Part shown: piece by piece, positions 34,801 to 44,792 of the stretch
Layout: each line of letters opens with the position of its first letter
Numbering within the stretch: the first letter of the stretch is position 1
Assembly (NCBI GenBank): GCA_045046875.1
Contig: JASFYY010000037.1
Location: 64,001-128,000, forward strand
DNA length: 64,000 bases
Reading direction: 5' to 3'
Source: Verrucomicrobiota bacterium
GTDB lineage: Bacteria > Verrucomicrobiota > Verrucomicrobiia > Verrucomicrobiales > DEV007
Made by a program: the position numbers and the translations under genes
The notes under the pieces: generated by a model
The model's input: the letters and a program-made list of their open reading frames with translations, nothing else
What the model was told of the DNA's origin: nothing
Databases searched by the model: none

Positions 34801-37552
34801 CGGACGCTACCTAGCTCCCTTGCTCGACCAGGAAATGCAGCCCGCACTGAAAGTCGCGGAAAAACCACCTGTTTACAAAGTAGCCAAAGAAAAAGAAAAA
34901 CATTTCATCCAGCTGCACGGAGCCCGCGAACACAACCTCAAAAATATCGACCTCGACCTACCGCGCGATCAATTAGTCGTGATCACTGGCCTCAGTGGAT
35001 CAGGGAAATCAACGCTCGCTTTTGATATCATTTTCGCCGAAGGCCAGCGCCGCTTCCTCGACTCCATGTCGGCTTACGCCCGCCAGTTTGTCGAACAACT
35101 CGAACGCCCCGACATCGATCACATCACTGGCCTGCCACCCACCGTCGCCATCGAACAACGCATCTCACGCGGAGGCGGAAAATCCACTGTCGCCACCGTC
35201 ACCGAGGTTTACCACTTTCTGCGCCTGCTGTTTGCCAAAACCGGCATCCAGCATTCACCCGACAGTGGCAAAGCGGTCACTAAGCAATCCGTCACCGCCA
35301 TCCTCACCCGCATTCGTAAAAGACTGTGCCAAGGCAAAGTCACCATCCTCGCTCCCGTGATCAAAGCCCGCAAAGGTTTCCACACCGACGTTGCCCTCTG
35401 GGCTGAGCGCAAAAGTTACCACACCCTGCTCGTCGATGGCACTCTGATGCCCGTCAAAGGTTTCCAAAAACTCGAACGTTTCAAAGAGCACACCATCGAT
35501 GTCGTGATCGACGAAGTGTCGAAAAAAACCTCCCCCGCCCAATTGCGATCCGTGATCGAAGACGCTCTTCGTATCGGCAAAAACACCGCGCATTTCCGTG
35601 ACCACAAAGGCGGGATGCACATCGTCTCCACCACCCTCAGCGATCCCGACACCGGACGCTCTTTCGAGGAGCCTGACCCGCGCATGTTCTCATTCAACTC
35701 CCCTCACGGCTACTGTCCCAAGTGCCGTGGTTACGGGATCGTGCCAAAAAAACAAGCCGACCAATATGTCGATCCCAATGCGGAGTCCGTGCTCGAATCC
35801 GAAATCCGGGAAGAATCCCGACGCTCAAAAGCCGACGCCACCGAGTTCGAAACCTGCTCGGATTGTCAGGGAGGACGCCTCAACGAAGTTTCTCTGCATG
35901 TCAAAATCCAAGGCCACAGCATCAGCGACATCACCGCCCTCTCCGTCGCCGACGCCCAACAGCTTTTTGCCTCGCTCAAATTCAAAGGACAAGCAGCCAT
36001 CATCGCCCGCGATATTCTGCCTGAGATCAGTCAACGCCTGCACTTCATGGCCGAAGTGGGGCTCAGCTACCTGCAACTCAACCGCTCCGCCAATACCCTC
36101 TCCGGCGGCGAGTCCCAACGCATCCGCCTCGCCTCCCAACTCGGATCCAATCTGCGTGGCGTGCTCTACATCCTCGACGAGCCCACCATCGGTCTGCACC
36201 CACGTGACAACCAACGCCTGCTCGACACCCTCACCGCCCTGCGTGACAAAGGCAATTCACTGCTGGTAGTCGAACACGACGAAGAAACCTTGCGCCGCGC
36301 CGACCACGTCATCGACCTCGGCCCCGCTGCCGGACAGTTTGGCGGCGAAGTGGTCTTTTCCGGCCCCGCTCAACAGCTTACCAAAAAACGCCTCAGCGCA
36401 GCTGAGAAAAAAGCCCTGGCTCAATCACCCACCGCCATCGCCCTGCAAAACCCGGATCAGCACCCGCTGTCCGGCTCACGCAGAAAACTGCCAGCCCTGA
36501 ACAAACAAGACGCCTGGATCAAAATCAAAAACGCCAGCCGCCACAACCTGTGCAACTTAAATGCCCAAATCCCCATCCAACGACTCACCGTTGTCAGTGG
36601 AATTTCCGGATCAGGTAAATCCACGCTCATCCGCGGCATTCTCCTGCCCGCGGTCAAAAATGAACTCGACAAAAAAAGCAAACAGAAGAACAAATACCTC
36701 AAATCCATCAGCGGCGTAAACGACAACATCACCGCCGTTTACGAAGTTGATCAATCCCCCATCGGCAAAACCTCGCGATCCACTCCGGCAACCTACGTCA
36801 AACTTTTCGACCACATCCGTAAACTTTTTGCCCAACTACCCGACTCCCGTGCGCGCGGCTACACCGCCAGTCGTTTTTCATTTAATACCGAAGGCGGACG
36901 CTGCGAAGCTTGCAAAGGCAATGGACGCATCAAACTCGAAATGAGTTTCCTGCCCACCAGTTACATCCCCTGCGAAGAATGCCAGCAGGCCCGTTACAAT
37001 GCCGCCACCCTCGAAGTCGAATACAACGGCAAAAACATCGGCGAAGTCATGAACCTGAGCATCGAGCAGGCGACTGACTTCTTCTCCGGCCATCCCAACA
37101 TCCACCGCACCCTGCAACTGATGTGCGATACCGGACTCGGTTACCTCACCCTCGGCCAACCCAGCCCCAGCCTCTCCGGCGGTGAAGCCCAACGCATCAA
37201 ACTCGTCGCCCAACTCACCCGAGGCATCAACCGCTCCGAAACCGCCCGCCTAAAATCCGCCACCGGCAAACACGGCGTGCGCAATCTCTACGTCATCGAA
37301 GAGCCCTCCATCGGCCTGCACATGGCCGACGTCACCCAGTTGATCAAACTGCTGCACCGCCTGGTTGATGACGGCCACACCGTCATCGTCATCGAGCACA
37401 ACCTCGACATCATCGCTGAAGCCGATTACATCATCGACCTCGGCCCCGAGGCCGGCCCTCACGGTGGACAGATCGTCGCCTCCGGCACTCCTGAAAAAGT
37501 GGTGCAAAACAAAAACTCCCGCACCGCTCCTTTTCTGCGCGCTTTAATCTAG
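31841..37552 (+). CDS. uvrA: Excinuclease ABC subunit A, tandem double-length (PVC-type) UvrA
   Basis: 1903 aa; four Walker A motifs (GPSGSGKS, GVSGSGKS, GLSGSGKS, GISGSGKS), four LSGGE signatures, zinc fingers. Confidence 0.97.
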   Translation: MSRHSSANSAAKPSSGRKIKKRPPSDSIEIRGVRQNNLKNFDLDLPLGKLNVITGPSGSGKSSLAFQTLYAEGQRRYIETFSPYTRQFFDRMDKPQVDAIHGIPPAIAIEQSNKVKTTRSTVGTITEINDYLKLFFPRIAEATCPECQQNVQPDTAASIARQLIKKFSGQSILITFGIPVGENTHPPDFLDFLQSQGYLRFYIFGETYRTDERFPKKSLPAEVAVIQDRIKIPASSKKPSARLLESLENALHLGKGKITVFLGSESKYSDNTHAATHFSTHWHCAPCDLDLQAPSPNLFTFNNPLGACPECRGFGRVIGIDLERALPDPSLSIREGVVKAFQGERHQECQDDLERYAKVRDLDLDTPFEDLSAKDQKWVLQGDRPGEAEKAWEESSWYGVRGFFDWLESRTYRMHVRVFLSRFRSYTQCQKCDGTRLQAAALNYRVNQKTLPEIWQLPISEALTFFHNLSLPENDSTAEMLHAEVCNRLRYLEHVGLSYLNLDRPTRTLSGGETERVSLTTCLGASLTSTLFVLDEPTVGLHPRDTDRLIDVMHDLRDKGNTLAVVEHDEAVIRAADHLIDIGPGRGEDGGELIFTGAPDKLAQSNKKSLTAAYLTGKKTIPIPKKRRAIKKRQQIKILGARQHNLQKIDVEIPLHLFTCVTGVSGSGKSTLIHSVLYENLQKKLGHSSASETGRCKGIRGHQHIDEVIMVDQAPLARTPRSTPAVYTGVFELVRKLFTDTPKAKDRQLTPGYFSFNSGAGRCERCWGNGFEKIEMQFLSDLYVTCPECEGSRYTPEALEYQLNGKNITQVLNFTVTQAIQFFFALGESQTKAETSPKANNKRKRPDRRPGQIVARLQTLADVGLGYLRLGQALNTLSGGESQRLKLVGHLLESQSQQKKQGKQPNALLIFDEPTTGLHFDDIAMLLKVFDRLVESGNTVLVIEHHLEVIKCADHIIDLGPEAGSEGGTLVATGTPEHIASVPQSFTGRYLAPLLDQEMQPALKVAEKPPVYKVAKEKEKHFIQLHGAREHNLKNIDLDLPRDQLVVITGLSGSGKSTLAFDIIFAEGQRRFLDSMSAYARQFVEQLERPDIDHITGLPPTVAIEQRISRGGGKSTVATVTEVYHFLRLLFAKTGIQHSPDSGKAVTKQSVTAILTRIRKRLCQGKVTILAPVIKARKGFHTDVALWAERKSYHTLLVDGTLMPVKGFQKLERFKEHTIDVVIDEVSKKTSPAQLRSVIEDALRIGKNTAHFRDHKGGMHIVSTTLSDPDTGRSFEEPDPRMFSFNSPHGYCPKCRGYGIVPKKQADQYVDPNAESVLESEIREESRRSKADATEFETCSDCQGGRLNEVSLHVKIQGHSISDITALSVADAQQLFASLKFKGQAAIIARDILPEISQRLHFMAEVGLSYLQLNRSANTLSGGESQRIRLASQLGSNLRGVLYILDEPTIGLHPRDNQRLLDTLTALRDKGNSLLVVEHDEETLRRADHVIDLGPAAGQFGGEVVFSGPAQQLTKKRLSAAEKKALAQSPTAIALQNPDQHPLSGSRRKLPALNKQDAWIKIKNASRHNLCNLNAQIPIQRLTVVSGISGSGKSTLIRGILLPAVKNELDKKSKQKNKYLKSISGVNDNITAVYEVDQSPIGKTSRSTPATYVKLFDHIRKLFAQLPDSRARGYTASRFSFNTEGGRCEACKGNGRIKLEMSFLPTSYIPCEECQQARYNAATLEVEYNGKNIGEVMNLSIEQATDFFSGHPNIHRTLQLMCDTGLGYLTLGQPSPSLSGGEAQRIKLVAQLTRGINRSETARLKSATGKHGVRNLYVIEEPSIGLHMADVTQLIKLLHRLVDDGHTVIVIEHNLDIIAEADYIIDLGPEAGPHGGQIVASGTPEKVVQNKNSRTAPFLRALI

Positions 37553-37562
37553 CCAGCCCCCA

Positions 37563-39191
37563 ATGAAAACGATCACCGCTACCGCTGCTTTGTTGTTTGC
37601 CCTATTGTTCCCCTTATCCGCTACAGATGAGGATAACGATGGAGTCACCTGGTTAGTCGAATACGATGGCCAATCACTGCCGAATGAAACCACTTGGGAA
37701 AAGAGCGGCCAATTGAACGCAACAATCACCGATGGAACCCTGCATCTCGAAGATGGCCCTGCGGCGGCAGGTAATTACCGCGCCTCTTGGAAAGCCGCTC
37801 CGGATCAGGAAATTGTGGTCGAGGCTAAAGTGGAAATGGGGGCGATGACAGGCTGGAAAAAAGGCGCAAGCTCCAAGGCCTTGTGGCCCTGGCGCGACGG
37901 AGCTCCAGTAGGTCTGCTGATCAGCGATGGACGCCATCAGGAAGGGCTGGTTTTTTACCCGGTGCAAACTACGAGTTTCACAGATCGTTTCATTCCAATG
38001 GATACCACAAATCGATTCCATACCTACCGGCTCGTCATCCGTGGAACCAACATGAGCATATCGGTCGACGGCGTGAAAAAAGTTACCGGCCAAAATGCTT
38101 TTTGGAAACCCGCCAGTTCACCTCAAGCCTTCATTCAGTTCGGGTCAACGGCTAAGGTAGCAAGCGGCGATGCTCATTGGGCATCAATCAGGTTGGGGGT
38201 GCGCAAGCCTAAAACTCAACCAGAAAAAAATCTCCTCAAAATCACGATCAGTGAATCATGGGAAATCCCACGCGATGACGCGCACCAAACCCGCCCTTAT
38301 CTCTATGACCTGGGACAAAACTTGCTGCTCATGAGCGTAGCTCAGGGGTCCGACGCCTTCTACGAACATTATGGCCTGCTGAAATCTACAGATGCCGGGA
38401 AATCCTGGTCACCGATCGAAGGACTTGATAAAAAATCAACCACCCCGCTGCCTGTTTTGCGCCGACCCGATGGCAGCATTCGCGCCATGTCCCGCTGGAC
38501 CTGGTTGCTGAAGGATGGATCTGTTCAGGGTAAAACCTTTCACCTCGATGCGCGGGCAAACACCTTCAGCATGAGCGACAATACGATCATATTGCCTGCA
38601 AAATACACTAACGAAATCGAGGGAGATAAATTGGTCGTCGAACGTCACATCTGGAACGATGAAGATGGAGCCATGACGATGGTGGTATGGAGCCGCAAAG
38701 CCGTGCCTATTTCCGACGGCAGAATGAGCACCGAACGCATGTCTCATCTGGTGAAAAGCAGCGATGATGGTAAAACCTGGAACTACGTGTCAACCATCGG
38801 CCCCGGAGGTGAGCCTGCAGTTGCGAGGCTCACAGCAACCGAGTTGACCGCCGTCATTCGGGGAGCAAGAACATCGCAAATGACCCAAACTTTCTCCCAC
38901 GATGGTGGAGCCACCTGGGACAAACCTATTGCGCTGGAAGTCGGCAGAGTCGCTCCCGATCTCGTATTCATGAGTAATGGCGTGCTCGCCTGCAGTTACG
39001 GACGCCCCGCCTCCTGCATCATGTTCAGTATCGATGGAGGAAAAACCTGGTGCTCGCATCGTGTCGTATCAGACTCGGTGGGTTTCAACTACTGTTCCAT
39101 TCGTGAGATCAGTCCGGGCCGCCTGTTACTCGTCCATGACGCTCCGAAAATGAATGCCGTTTATATCGACGTTCAACGCTTGGATCAATGA
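37563..39191 (+). CDS. Secreted BNR/Asp-box (sialidase-like) protein with N-terminal lectin-like domain
   Basis: Asp boxes STDAGKSW, SSDDGKTW, SHDGGATW, SIDGGKTW; FHTYRLVIRG...IQFGS beta-sandwich. Confidence 0.8.
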   Translation: MKTITATAALLFALLFPLSATDEDNDGVTWLVEYDGQSLPNETTWEKSGQLNATITDGTLHLEDGPAAAGNYRASWKAAPDQEIVVEAKVEMGAMTGWKKGASSKALWPWRDGAPVGLLISDGRHQEGLVFYPVQTTSFTDRFIPMDTTNRFHTYRLVIRGTNMSISVDGVKKVTGQNAFWKPASSPQAFIQFGSTAKVASGDAHWASIRLGVRKPKTQPEKNLLKITISESWEIPRDDAHQTRPYLYDLGQNLLLMSVAQGSDAFYEHYGLLKSTDAGKSWSPIEGLDKKSTTPLPVLRRPDGSIRAMSRWTWLLKDGSVQGKTFHLDARANTFSMSDNTIILPAKYTNEIEGDKLVVERHIWNDEDGAMTMVVWSRKAVPISDGRMSTERMSHLVKSSDDGKTWNYVSTIGPGGEPAVARLTATELTAVIRGARTSQMTQTFSHDGGATWDKPIALEVGRVAPDLVFMSNGVLACSYGRPASCIMFSIDGGKTWCSHRVVSDSVGFNYCSIREISPGRLLLVHDAPKMNAVYIDVQRLDQ

Positions 39192-39209
39192 TCAGAGAAC
39201 TCCAAAGCT

Positions 39210-40700
39210 TCACTGCACCGGTGCAGCAAGGTAAGACGCCCGTGACAGCACCTTGAACCAGCTCGGCTTTTCTTCCACATCCGCCTCTGTCATCAAGCGT
39301 GAGTTGGCGAAGTCCTTTTTAAACATTTGTTCAACATCGGATACGAATTTTTCATCAACAACCAGAGCCGTCACTTCGAAATTGAGCCGGAACGAACGGT
39401 TATCGAAATTGGCAGTTCCCACACCCGCAAGGTGATCATCGACCAGGAATACTTTTTCATGCAAAAAACCAGGCTCGTAGCGATAAATTTCGATACCCGA
39501 TTTGATCAGCTCCCCCACAAAAGCATAAGCGGAAAAATAAACCATTTTGCTGTCAGGTTTTTCAGGAATGATGACTCTAACGTCCACTCCTCGCAACTCG
39601 GCCAGATGCAACGCCGCCATCACCCCCTCATCGGGCACAAAATAGGGACTGGCAATCCAGATCCGCTCGTGAGCGGAATGAATGGCCTGTTGATACATAA
39701 GGCTACAGCTCTCCAAACGGTCAGCGGGACCCGTCGGCAGAATAAGCACGCTTGCATTGCCCTCTTTGGCAGCGGTTAACTTCCAAGGCAGGTCAAGTTT
39801 TTCATTCTGCGCCCAACGCCAATCTTCAACAAAGGATAACTGCAGTTGCAAGGCTGATGGGCCTATAATCTTCATGTGAGTATCCCTCCAATCGGGAAAC
39901 TTTATCCCCTTGCCAACGTACTCGTCCCCCACATTATGTCCGCCCACCCAACCCATCCTACCATCCACCACCACAATTTTTCGGTGATTACGAAAATTCA
40001 GCTGAAAACGATTTCCACCTCCTTGGGTCGAATGAAAAGGACTCACCACTACACCGGCTTCTCGCAACCCTTTGACATACCCATCGATCTTACGCGTGCC
40101 GATTTCATCATAAAGAAACCAGACCTTCACCCCCTGCTTTGCTCTGGCAATCAGGTGTTCCTTTAGCTTGCGCCCCAAGTCATCATCCCTGACAATATAA
40201 AACTGTACCAGAATGTATTCCTCGGCCTCATCAATCCCCTTCAATATACTGTCAAAAGTCGCTTCCCCGTCGATCAATAATTCAACCGCATTCTGGTCAA
40301 AATAAGGAAGTTGCGCCAAACGTTCCATCGCTCGCCCACCGCCGTGTTTGCCATCAAGCACTCTGACATAAGGCTGCATCCTCTGTCGGATTTTTTCCAA
40401 CTCATCCTCGGATTTAAGGGCCAATTGCTGGCGCAAAGTCACATAGCCTTGAAATTTATTACGCCCAAAAACCCAATAAGCCGGCACAGCAACCAGCGGC
40501 ATCGTATTTAACGAAACAATCCAGGCGATAGCTCCCTGGGAAGTTCGGGTACTCATCAAAGCATGAAAAGATGAAATGACTCCCAGCGCATGAGCACATA
40601 ACAATGCTAGAGCCATTTTTCGACTGCGAAGCCCCTGTGGTTTCTTGAAACTTTTCTCTATATCAAAATCGCTCCCTATTCGACTATGTTTTTCTGGCAT
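39210..40700 (-). CDS. cls: Cardiolipin synthase
   Basis: Two HKD motifs (RNHRKIVVVD, LHEKVFLVD), N-terminal TM helices, ANFDNRSFRLNFE. Confidence 0.95.
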   Translation of the reverse strand: MPEKHSRIGSDFDIEKSFKKPQGLRSRKMALALLCAHALGVISSFHALMSTRTSQGAIAWIVSLNTMPLVAVPAYWVFGRNKFQGYVTLRQQLALKSEDELEKIRQRMQPYVRVLDGKHGGGRAMERLAQLPYFDQNAVELLIDGEATFDSILKGIDEAEEYILVQFYIVRDDDLGRKLKEHLIARAKQGVKVWFLYDEIGTRKIDGYVKGLREAGVVVSPFHSTQGGGNRFQLNFRNHRKIVVVDGRMGWVGGHNVGDEYVGKGIKFPDWRDTHMKIIGPSALQLQLSFVEDWRWAQNEKLDLPWKLTAAKEGNASVLILPTGPADRLESCSLMYQQAIHSAHERIWIASPYFVPDEGVMAALHLAELRGVDVRVIIPEKPDSKMVYFSAYAFVGELIKSGIEIYRYEPGFLHEKVFLVDDHLAGVGTANFDNRSFRLNFEVTALVVDEKFVSDVEQMFKKDFANSRLMTEADVEEKPSWFKVLSRASYLAAPVQ

Positions 40701-40714
40701 TCTCTCAATATAAT

Positions 40715-41821
40715 CTACTTCAGTTTATTGCTTACCTCGATGATGGGCTGCTCACTGTCTGTGGTAATAAATTTAATTTTTTTGGCATCGAGATCAAACT
40801 TATTGAGATCCACCATCCGGATACTTTGATCCTCATAGGTCTTATAATAATACCTCAAATTCTTTGTATCACGAGCGGAGGTGAACATTGTGTAATCAGA
40901 GTGGACCACTCCATCGTGCGTGGTACGAGCAGCACCTACTGGAATATCGAAGTTGTTAAGAATGTGAAACACTTGCTTGATGCCACTTTGCGCATCCTTT
41001 TCAGGGATCGCGGAAGCAGAGAACGCAACTGCCCGAACAAATCGTGACGGCGGCGTAAAATCCCCCGGAATCCCCAACATACCATTACCTTGCCCTAATG
41101 ATGAAATCTTCAAATCTTTGAAAAGCTTAAGCGTAGGCCTACTCTCGGCACTGAGCCCCAAATAATTGCGCAGATTAGTAAGATGCCAATCGAAAGAAGG
41201 TGAGTTTGACATGGCTCCTGTCGGATTGTCATAGAGCTTGAGTCTTCCGTCGACAGGTTCAATCACCATACTCTTACCACTGGTATCCGAAACGATGAAA
41301 TGAAACGGTTGAACTCCTGAAGGGAAGCCTGGTGTCTGGGCAATCCCGGAAATCGCAACCTCATTGTTTTCAATTGCTTTGCGTACTTCAGCTACTGTCG
41401 CAAACTGAGAAATCATCCACTGGGTAAAGTCCGAGGACGAGAGAGACACTTTTATATTCTCCTTTGTCGTCACAGAATACTTGGCAAAACCGGGAAAATA
41501 AAAACTGCCCACAGTGAGTCCTTTTTCATTAATTCCATCGAGGATGACTTCGTAACCAGCAATCATGACGCCGACAGACGCATATTTGGTTTTCCACCGC
41601 ATGCCTGGCCCCATTGAGGTTTTCCCAGTAAACTCATATCCGCGTGGCACCACCATGCAGGATGTATCCATAAAAATTCCGAACTCCAGAGTACGGCCAC
41701 TGACATACACGCCGTCTTTAGTCTGGATTTGAATACCTGTGCAAGCATCAATTGGAACTAGACTAACAAAAGTCACAATAGCTGTCAGCAGAGCGCACTT
41801 GTGATGAAGTGATATTTTCAT
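40715..41821 (-). CDS. Choloylglycine hydrolase/penicillin V acylase family Ntn hydrolase
   Basis: Signal peptide then nucleophile CTG, GRTLEF, DGINEKGL, NSPSFDWHLTNL, PGDFTPPSRFVRA. Confidence 0.92.
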   Translation of the reverse strand: MKISLHHKCALLTAIVTFVSLVPIDACTGIQIQTKDGVYVSGRTLEFGIFMDTSCMVVPRGYEFTGKTSMGPGMRWKTKYASVGVMIAGYEVILDGINEKGLTVGSFYFPGFAKYSVTTKENIKVSLSSSDFTQWMISQFATVAEVRKAIENNEVAISGIAQTPGFPSGVQPFHFIVSDTSGKSMVIEPVDGRLKLYDNPTGAMSNSPSFDWHLTNLRNYLGLSAESRPTLKLFKDLKISSLGQGNGMLGIPGDFTPPSRFVRAVAFSASAIPEKDAQSGIKQVFHILNNFDIPVGAARTTHDGVVHSDYTMFTSARDTKNLRYYYKTYEDQSIRMVDLNKFDLDAKKIKFITTDSEQPIIEVSNKLK

Positions 41822-42066
41822 AATATGTTTTTTTGCAAAGTTTTAGCGCGAATAGTCACTTGATCAAAAACAGCCTTCATTCGCCGCGACTTCGGTTCAT
41901 GACTTAATTTATTGCCTCCCAGACAATCAACAAGCCCATCCAAATACCCCTCCTTCTCCCACATTGACCTCCCTAATGTCAATCCTCATTTATCCAATTA
42001 CGAAACAATCAACCCCGTCCCCAAATCCCGCAACTCTCCCCACTGCGCCCCACGCACCTTCCTATA

Positions 42067-42087
42067 AGTGGAGTCAGACCCCACTTA
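42067..42087. repeat. Short GGGGTCAGACCCC-type palindrome (REP-like or terminator)
   Basis: AAGTGGAGTC-A-GACCCCACTT just downstream of the GNAT stop. Confidence 0.4.
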
Positions 42088-42096
42088 TTTATTTTT

Positions 42097-42984
42097 TTAG
42101 CCGAGCTCAAATGTCGTGATCCCGTAAATGTTGCTCCACGGCAGCTGTGAGGCTTTTGCAGAAGACTCACCATAATACATTCGGGCGCAGCCAAATATTT
42201 CTTTCATGTCGCTTTGCTGCGCTAATTTCATGGCTGAGGCGTTTACTTCCGGCACATCGAGAATCAATGGTTGTCCAGCGGCACGATCCCCCAAAGCGGC
42301 AAAAAGCTGGGTAGCCAATTTTTCGTTATCGGCAAACAATGGTCCGATTTTAAAACCTTCAGCGCACTCTCTTACCACCCCGGAAGCCACCAACTTCCCT
42401 TCATCCAAGATCCCCAGCGCCCGGCCGGATTCGGGCTGAATCCATGAACGAAGGAAGCGCTCACGATCGAAACCAAAATGGCGACGATCATAGTCCGCTA
42501 CCATTGCAAAAGGCAGCTCACCCAAGTCCACACAACCTTGCGACACTGCTGTTTTTGCTTTCACCCTTCTTCCTACACCTTGCATTCTCAAATTGCGATG
42601 AGCAAACACAAAGCCACCCTTGGCATACCAATCCTGCATATCAAAAACCCCGTCCATCGCAATCGAGGCACCTGGGGCAAGACGAGCCAACAAGGCGTCC
42701 CGGCGATGAAACCACAAACGCGTTCCGATCCCCTTGCCACGCAAATCCGCGCGTACGATGAAAAAACCCATGAAGCCAAATTGCCCCCCATAGGAAACCA
42801 CTGAGCCCGCAGCAACCACTTCCCCATCAAGCTCAACTCCGAGATAACCATTCGGATCTGTTTGCCAAAAAATATCGCCGTCGTGCAACCCTGGATTCCA
42901 CCCTTCTGCTCCTGCCCACTTCATAACCTGCTCAAACTCAGCCCTTACCAAGGGGCGTATCTTCAACACATCCAAATCCATCAC
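42097..42984 (-). CDS. GNAT acetyltransferase (YitH-like two-domain)
   Basis: EGWNPG, FMGFFIV..RGKGIG, KIGPLFAD, YGITTFELG. Confidence 0.9.
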   Translation of the reverse strand: MMDLDVLKIRPLVRAEFEQVMKWAGAEGWNPGLHDGDIFWQTDPNGYLGVELDGEVVAAGSVVSYGGQFGFMGFFIVRADLRGKGIGTRLWFHRRDALLARLAPGASIAMDGVFDMQDWYAKGGFVFAHRNLRMQGVGRRVKAKTAVSQGCVDLGELPFAMVADYDRRHFGFDRERFLRSWIQPESGRALGILDEGKLVASGVVRECAEGFKIGPLFADNEKLATQLFAALGDRAAGQPLILDVPEVNASAMKLAQQSDMKEIFGCARMYYGESSAKASQLPWSNIYGITTFELG

Positions 42985-44346
42985 TTATTGTTTTTTCTTA
43001 GTTTTACCAATACGTGGTCGCTGAGCCGGGTTGGGCATCTTATCCAAAACCACTTTCAACCGCTGCCTTGCATTTTTGACATCCCCCGTCACATCCTCGG
43101 CGTTCACCCCCGCTTTTTCCAACTCATCCGCATTCACATCATAAAAACGCCCATCAGCGTAAAGTTTATACTGTTGATCCCGCGCAAACCTCGCTTTAAC
43201 AAATTTTCCCCAACGCGGATCATAATGACAAAACACCCAATTCCGCGGATTTCCTTTTTCCCCCAGCACTTGTGGCAAAAAACTACGCCCATCCAATTCG
43301 GACTCCCCACTGACGTCCACTCCGGCGATCTCTGCAAAAGTTTGATAAATATCCGTAAAATCCACCAAATCCTCACACATCACACCCGATGTCTTTCCTT
43401 TCCAATACACGATCAATGGAACATGAGTGCCCGCATTGGGTGTCGTGCCTTTCCCTCCCTGGTAATCCCTGCCATCTACCAACTTCGTGATTATGCTTGG
43501 ATGGGTACCATTGTCGCCGGTAAAAATCACCACCGTATTCTCAAGAACACCAACTTCATCCAATTTGTCCACCAACTGCCCGACGATTTTGTCGGCATAC
43601 TCGACCATTTCCTTAAAGTGACGTTTATTCCTTTTCATCCGATTCTCGGGATTTTTCCACTCAGGTGAATCCGGGGTCGGCACAAAAGGGTCATGGGTGA
43701 GCACCATGGGGTAATAGACCAAAAAAGGTTCATCCTTTTTCCTCTCAATAAAATCCAAAAGGTAGTCCCTAAAAATATCCGGCCCATATTGCCCATTCAG
43801 CTTTTGGGCAGGTTCACCATTGCGCTCGATCAACGGGTCAGCAAAACGCTCTCCTTCTTTTGTCCGCAGCTCAGTCAACTGCCACAGACACCATTCATCA
43901 AAACCGAATGCCCGGGGTCGGCGATGATTCTTACGCAAGCTCGCCGGATACTGCTGAGGATAAGACAAGCCGTTCAACTGCCACTTGCCAGCAATCGCTG
44001 TTGCGTATCCTGCCTGCTTCACAAGCTGTGCAAATGTTCGCTCACCGTTACGCAACAAGCCAAACTCTTCGTAATTGCGAAAATTATACTTGCCCGTCAT
44101 GATCTGCACCCTCGATGGCGTGCATAAAGGCGTTGAAAAACAATGCGTGAATCGCACCCCTTCCTTTGCCAAACGATCTAAATTCGGCGTTTGGTAATCC
44201 TTACTGCCATTGCATCCCAAACATTCATAACCCATATCATCGGCCATGATCAGCACGATGTTCGGTTTGCCTCCGGCAAAAGTCACGCAACACCCTGCCA
44301 GCAGGATGAGGAAAACGATTCCAGTTTTATTCCAATCAATGCCCAT
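42985..44346 (-). CDS. Sulfatase (formylglycine-dependent)
   Basis: PNIVLIMADDMG, CTPSR motif, GKWQL, GDNG; start set at ATG 44346. Confidence 0.93.
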   Translation of the reverse strand: MGIDWNKTGIVFLILLAGCCVTFAGGKPNIVLIMADDMGYECLGCNGSKDYQTPNLDRLAKEGVRFTHCFSTPLCTPSRVQIMTGKYNFRNYEEFGLLRNGERTFAQLVKQAGYATAIAGKWQLNGLSYPQQYPASLRKNHRRPRAFGFDEWCLWQLTELRTKEGERFADPLIERNGEPAQKLNGQYGPDIFRDYLLDFIERKKDEPFLVYYPMVLTHDPFVPTPDSPEWKNPENRMKRNKRHFKEMVEYADKIVGQLVDKLDEVGVLENTVVIFTGDNGTHPSIITKLVDGRDYQGGKGTTPNAGTHVPLIVYWKGKTSGVMCEDLVDFTDIYQTFAEIAGVDVSGESELDGRSFLPQVLGEKGNPRNWVFCHYDPRWGKFVKARFARDQQYKLYADGRFYDVNADELEKAGVNAEDVTGDVKNARQRLKVVLDKMPNPAQRPRIGKTKKKQ

Positions 44347-44698
44347 TGTCCGACTCCTTGACATTGGGCCAAATGAACAAGCCCCCCCACCCGGCCAGAA
44401 ACAATAATCCCCCAAGTGGAGTGATCGCTCCCAACCACAGAATATTCGTCAGCGACAGAGCATACAAGCTGCCAGAAAAAACCAACACCCCCATCAAAAA
44501 ACAAAATGCTACTTTCGACCGGGTCGGTGCCACATAAGCTAGGACCCAAATAGCCAGAGCATGGATCAAATGATAAAACACCGCCGTCTGCCAAGTCGAC
44601 AACCTATCATTCTCCGTCAGAATCCCCTCCAACCCGTGAGCGCCGAAAGCCCCCAGACCGATACCTAAAAGCATCAAAAGCGCTCCCGTTCGTTTCAT
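44336..44698 (-). CDS. DUF423 (YgdD/TMEM256) membrane protein
   Basis: LGAFGAHGL, WQTAVFYH, FSGSLY, LGAITPLGG. Confidence 0.92.
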   Translation of the reverse strand: MKRTGALLMLLGIGLGAFGAHGLEGILTENDRLSTWQTAVFYHLIHALAIWVLAYVAPTRSKVAFCFLMGVLVFSGSLYALSLTNILWLGAITPLGGLLFLAGWGGLFIWPNVKESDNGH

Positions 44699-44757
44699 GA
44701 TTGTCCCCTCATTGTTTTTCATCTTCATCGCGATTTTAATGTTTTTTGAATCATTAC

Positions 44758-44783
44758 GCAACTTTTGTGTGTTAATGTCGTTT
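44758..44783 (+). promoter_or_regulatory. Putative ECF-sigma promoter
   Basis: GCAACT-N16-GTTT, 9 bp before ATG 44793. Confidence 0.4.
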
Positions 44784-44792
44784 CATCCACAG

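Noticed and set aside
32024..37547. Numerous antisense and alternate-frame ORFs inside uvrA and other long genes
   Set aside because: Shadow ORFs expected from biased codon usage; no motifs.
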